Origin: Longimicrobiales bacterium
GTDB lineage: Bacteria; Gemmatimonadota; Gemmatimonadetes; Longimicrobiales; Gaopeijiaceae
Assembly: GCA_963422615.1 (NCBI GenBank)
Contig: OY730414.1
Location: forward strand, 682,001 to 746,000
Length of the DNA stretch: 64,000 bases
Reading direction: 5' to 3'
Shown: piece after piece, positions 60,133 to 64,000 of the stretch
Layout: every line of letters starts with the position of its first letter
Position numbering within the stretch: position 1 is the first letter of the stretch
The notes under the pieces: generated by a model
Database searches by the model: none
Seen by the model: the letters and a program-made list of their open reading frames with translations, nothing else
What the model was told of the DNA's origin: nothing
Position numbers and translations under genes: made by a program

Positions 60133-61764
60133 GTGATGAAGCGAAGAATCAAAGCACAAGCGGCCAGGATCACAGCGGGAGCGAGGAGCATCCGCACGGT
60201 TGTTGCTTCGGCGGCTATTCTCCTGCTCACGCCCTGGTTGAACCCGGCAGAGGCATCGGCTCAGTTCAAGAACGTCGGTTCCATTGACTTCCCCACGTCG
60301 GCGACTGGCGAAGCCCAGAACCACTTTCTTCGCGGCGTCGCGATCTTGCACAGTTTTGGATGGAAGCAGGCGCGGGAACAGTTTCACGCCGCCCAGGAGA
60401 TCGACCCGGATTTCGCCTTGGCCTACTGGGCCGAGTCTCTGGCGTACAACCACCCCCTCGTCACCCAGATGGATCCGACCGAACCCCGAAAGGCGCTTGC
60501 CCGCCTCGCGCCCACACTGGAGGAGCGCCTTGCCAAGGCCCCGACCAAACGGGAGAAGGGCTTCATGAAGGCCGTAGAAATCCTGTGGGGAGACGGGGAC
60601 CACAAACAGCGGCGAGTCGAGTACATGGAAGCGATGGGTGCGCTCCATGAGGCCTATCCCGACGATCCGGAGATCGCCGCCTTTTATGCCCTCGCACTGT
60701 TGGGCGCCACACGGGCGACGGGCGATCTGAGCGAGCGCTGGAATGTTCGAGCCGGGACGATCGCCCTGAAGCTCTTCAACCGGAATCCCGACCATCCCGG
60801 CGCGGCCCACTACACCATTCACGCCTTCGACCACCCGGTCATGGCCCCCCTGGCTTTGGACGCTGCGTACGCCTTTGCCGGCATCGCGCCGGCGGTTTCC
60901 CACGCCCGCCACATGCCCACGCACATTTTCATCCAGCACGGGATGTGGGATTTGGTGGCGGGACACAACCAATCGGCGTATGACGTTGCGGTGGAGTTGT
61001 GGACCCCGGGCGACGCCCTGGGAGACGCGGTACACGCGCTCGACTGGGGCCAGTACGGCGATCTGCAGCGGGGTGACTACGCGAAGGCGCGGCTGTGGAT
61101 GGACCGTTTGGCCGACATGGTTGAGCACGAAGGCTTCGAGGTGGGGGGTGCGAGGGGCGCGGCGGGCACTGCCCGGGCGAAGGGAGCGGTTCCGCTCCTC
61201 AGAGCGCGCTACATCGTCGAGACCGAGGCGTGGGAAGTCCGGCCCGTGACCGAGGATTCCTCCCCCCATGAGCTCCTGGCGACGGGGATGAGTGCGGCCC
61301 GGACCGGTGATCTGGAGACCCTCGCGGCCGCCAGCGCAGCCCTCACGGAGCAGTCGGAGGGGGAGGGATACGACCATGTGATGCATCTGCAGGTGAAGGC
61401 CCTGTTGCATTCGGTCCGGAACGACCCCGTCGGTGTCGTTGAAGCCATGGACGAAGCGGTTGCCGTCGTGGAGGCCATGGCGCCCCCCAGGGGCGCTGCG
61501 AATCCGGTCAAGCCCGTCCACGAAATGTACGGCGAGCTCCTTCTGGACCTGGACCGACATGAAGATGCCCTGGCCATGTTCGAAACATCCCTGCAGCGGA
61601 TGCCCAACCGGCCCCGTTCACTCCTGGGTTTGGCGCGGGCCCATGCCGCCGTCGGCGAAACGGAACAAGCCATCGTAGCCTATCGCGAAGTGGCGGAGCT
61701 GTGGGAGGGTCGCGAAGGATTACCGGGTCTTGAAGAGGCCCGGGACTTTCCTCCGACCCGGTAA
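60133..61764 (+). CDS. Exported TPR-like helical-repeat protein with His-rich motifs (homologue of 16926..18683)
   Basis: AQNHFLRGVAILHSF...DPDFALAYW; HPGAAHYTIHAFD; HARHMPTHIF; C-terminal PNRPRSLLGL. Confidence 0.8.
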   Translation: MMKRRIKAQAARITAGARSIRTVVASAAILLLTPWLNPAEASAQFKNVGSIDFPTSATGEAQNHFLRGVAILHSFGWKQAREQFHAAQEIDPDFALAYWAESLAYNHPLVTQMDPTEPRKALARLAPTLEERLAKAPTKREKGFMKAVEILWGDGDHKQRRVEYMEAMGALHEAYPDDPEIAAFYALALLGATRATGDLSERWNVRAGTIALKLFNRNPDHPGAAHYTIHAFDHPVMAPLALDAAYAFAGIAPAVSHARHMPTHIFIQHGMWDLVAGHNQSAYDVAVELWTPGDALGDAVHALDWGQYGDLQRGDYAKARLWMDRLADMVEHEGFEVGGARGAAGTARAKGAVPLLRARYIVETEAWEVRPVTEDSSPHELLATGMSAARTGDLETLAAASAALTEQSEGEGYDHVMHLQVKALLHSVRNDPVGVVEAMDEAVAVVEAMAPPRGAANPVKPVHEMYGELLLDLDRHEDALAMFETSLQRMPNRPRSLLGLARAHAAVGETEQAIVAYREVAELWEGREGLPGLEEARDFPPTR

Positions 61765-62004
61765 TCGAAGAGTCCACGGGGCCTCCGGGGCAGAGAGACC
61801 CGCGCGGATCTTCCCCGGAGGCTCCCGGCGATCCGGGATGGCCCGTTTAGTCCGATTCCGGGCTCCCCCTTTGGGGACATAATCGCGAGTTTGGGAGCCG
61901 GGACCCCGACCTATTCGTCTTCGACGATCACGTAGGCCACCCTCATGCACCGGCGGCGATGTGAGGGGCGATGGAAACCACCTGCCCCTCCCGGTTCAGC
62001 CCCA

Positions 62005-62063
62005 GGATGGGCTTGATGCGATTCTGCGAAGTCAACTTCGCAGCGGGAATGCTCAAGGCATCC
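62005..62063. other. Long imperfect hairpin between convergent genes (terminator or REP-like)
   Basis: Nested arms GGATG/CATCC, CTTGA/TCAAG, TGCGAAGT/ACTTCGCA; ends 16 bp from the stop at 62080. Confidence 0.55.
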
Positions 62064-62079
62064 GGCGATTCTGCCGCCT

Positions 62080-63564
62080 TCAGTTGATTCCGACCCTCCC
62101 CGCCACGTCAGCCAACATCTTCGGGGAGTCGTAGCCCACCCCGTCCTTGAAGACGAGGGTCACGTTGCGGATCACCGCCGGATCGGCGGTCAGCTCACCG
62201 CTCATGACGACCAGGTCCGCGATCTTGCCGGCCTCAACCGTGCCCAGTTCGTCCAAATTCCCCAGTACTCTGGCGCCGTTGGCGGTCAGCACCTGCACCG
62301 CGTCCTCGGGCGCAAAGCCCGCTTCGATCAAGAGCTCGTAGTTGCGCTGGTCCCCGTAACCCGGCAGAGCCCCGCCGTTGCCGGTCGGATCAACGCCCGC
62401 AGCGAGCACCCCGCCGGCATCGTGAAACGCTTTTTCGTAGGCCATCGCGTTCTCGAGGAGTTCAACGGGCAGTCCCACTTCGTCAATCTGGGCCTTGGAG
62501 GCCAGGTAGTCCTCTCGGACCGCGGGTGCCATGGCGTCCAGGGTGCGCTGATCCCGGACGGGGCGGCCCTGGAAGAAGAGTTCGTACACGGCCAGGGTGG
62601 AGGTCATCGGTACACCCGCACCGATCATGGCCCGGAAAGTGTTCGCGACCTCGGGGCTCGAAACGTCCGTCTGGGTGGCGGTGGTCATCAGGTCGGGCGG
62701 GCACTCGTCCTTGGCCCGTCCCGGCGTGTAGTCGCTGTTTGTCGGCAAGCCGTGCTCGATGTTGTCGATGCCCAGCTCCACGGCTTCGGTAAAGCTGATG
62801 GAGCAAAGGTGGCCCGTGACCTTCATCCCTTGTGCATGGGCTTCGTCGATTGCGGCCTTGAGCTCTGCCGAGCGAATGTTGGTGTAGGCTTTGAGCCAAG
62901 TCGCCCCCTCCGCTGCCCAATAGCGAACGAAGCGCCGCGCCTGTTCCGGCGATTCCAGCATGGTCATGGTGGAGACGCCTCCCCCGGCGGTGATGTAGGG
63001 GGCCGTGATGTGTATCCGGGGACCTGGAACCCGCCCGCGATCAATCTCGGCTCGGAGGTTGAGCTCGGCGAAGGGCTGTCGACTCCCGGTGGTGCGAACG
63101 GAGGTGACGCCGCTTCCCAGGTACAGCCTGGGTGCACTGTAGGTGAGTTGGGCGGCACGGCCCCCGGCTGCGGTATAGTAGAGGTGATTGTGAAGGCCGA
63201 TCATGCCGGGGATCACTGTGTGACCGGAAAGGTCCATGACTTCAGCGGCGTTCGGGACATCTACTTCGGCAGCAGACCCTACGGCGGTAATACGATTGCC
63301 CTCCATCACGACCGTCTGATTCGGCCGAACCGGTCCTCCCGTGCCGTCAATCAACGTGACGCCGCGCAGTGCGATGACCTCTGCGTCTACCGCTACGTAC
63401 GCGGCGGCCTGGGAACCCTGGGCGGGTCGCTGACCGGACGCAGGGAGTGCTGCTACAGCCAGAGCCGCTAGAGCGACAGTAGCCCACTTCTTCGTCCCTG
63501 CAAACTTGCTCCGAAGCGTCATCATCATGGTCATGGACCTTACGTCTTTTGTGAGGTGGTTCAC
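62080..63564 (-). CDS. Secreted metal-dependent amidohydrolase
   Basis: PGMIGLHNH, GVTSVRT, KVTGHL, IEHG, AGVDPTG, GTVEAGKIADLV; GGGGAGG RBS before GTG. Confidence 0.9.
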   Translation of the reverse strand: MNHLTKDVRSMTMMMTLRSKFAGTKKWATVALAALAVAALPASGQRPAQGSQAAAYVAVDAEVIALRGVTLIDGTGGPVRPNQTVVMEGNRITAVGSAAEVDVPNAAEVMDLSGHTVIPGMIGLHNHLYYTAAGGRAAQLTYSAPRLYLGSGVTSVRTTGSRQPFAELNLRAEIDRGRVPGPRIHITAPYITAGGGVSTMTMLESPEQARRFVRYWAAEGATWLKAYTNIRSAELKAAIDEAHAQGMKVTGHLCSISFTEAVELGIDNIEHGLPTNSDYTPGRAKDECPPDLMTTATQTDVSSPEVANTFRAMIGAGVPMTSTLAVYELFFQGRPVRDQRTLDAMAPAVREDYLASKAQIDEVGLPVELLENAMAYEKAFHDAGGVLAAGVDPTGNGGALPGYGDQRNYELLIEAGFAPEDAVQVLTANGARVLGNLDELGTVEAGKIADLVVMSGELTADPAVIRNVTLVFKDGVGYDSPKMLADVAGRVGIN

Positions 63565-63608
63565 ACTGATCCTCCCCGATGGCTCATATCCCGAAAAAGG
63601 TGCGAATC

Positions 63609-63647
63609 ACACTATCCGTCATTCCGGTGGGCGTCAACGTTGACGCC
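63609..63647 (-). promoter_or_regulatory. Putative sigma70 promoter with its -35 inside a perfect 18-bp palindrome
   Basis: Minus strand TTGACG-17 nt-TAGTGT; palindrome GGCGTCAACGTTGACGCC at 63630-63647. Confidence 0.55.
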
Positions 63648-63722
63648 GCCTGGCCAAGATTTCTGTCCACCGAGCCCAAGCCCACGGCGAGGAACCCCCC
63701 AAAGTCGTTTCTCCTCATCGCT

Positions 63723-64000
63723 TCACGGCTTCGCGGTGAAAACGGTGCGCATGCCCGACTCCAGATGCTCGGATATGTGGCAATGCGCCATCCAGCGCCC
63801 GGGGTTCGTCACTTCAAGAAGGATGTCCGTGGTGGTTCCCACAGGAAGGAGTACGGTGTCCTTCCAAGCGAGATTCTCGTTCTCCACGCCGTTTCGCGCC
63901 AGGACGAGGAAGCGCTGGCCGTGGATGTGGAAGGGGTGTTGCATGGCGTGGAAGGAGCGCCGCTCATTGTGAAGCCGGATCTTGACCACGTCCCCGACGC
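63723..64000 (-). CDS. Multicopper oxidase, C-terminal part (5' end outside the window)
   Basis: HPFHIHG and WMAHCHISEHLESGM copper-binding motifs; WKDTV. Confidence 0.92.
   Translation of the reverse strand, partial: VGDVVKIRLHNERRSFHAMQHPFHIHGQRFLVLARNGVENENLAWKDTVLLPVGTTTDILLEVTNPGRWMAHCHISEHLESGMRTVFTAKP

Overview
A GC-rich bacterial chromosomal segment. The gene repertoire suggests Gemmatimonadota, but that is inference only. From left to right it holds: a truncated XRE-HTH/periplasmic-binding-domain regulator with a tandem operator-like site; a GntR-flanked D-amino-acid cluster (DAO-family oxidoreductase, serine-hydrolase remnant, GNAT, D-aminoacylase, DadA-like dehydrogenase); an ABC exporter; a sufC-sufB-sufD-Rieske ferredoxin-sufS operon; an ECF sigma/anti-sigma/YbjQ operon; housekeeping genes; a two-gene Rieske plus cytochrome b/diheme-c fusion complex; tRNA-Glu and tRNA-Val; and many exported peptidases and amidohydrolases. 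Two accessory elements stand out. The first is a Type III restriction-modification pair. Its mod gene carries an in-frame (GCAA)10 tract, a likely phase-variation switch, placed unusually downstream of the whole catalytic core, and it also has a sharply AT-rich, apparently swapped target-recognition domain. The second is an orphan ~1045-aa helical-repeat protein with a DUF2325-like C-terminal domain. No CRISPR array, rRNA, integrase or transposase was seen. Many starts were moved from the ORF track to RBS-supported codons.
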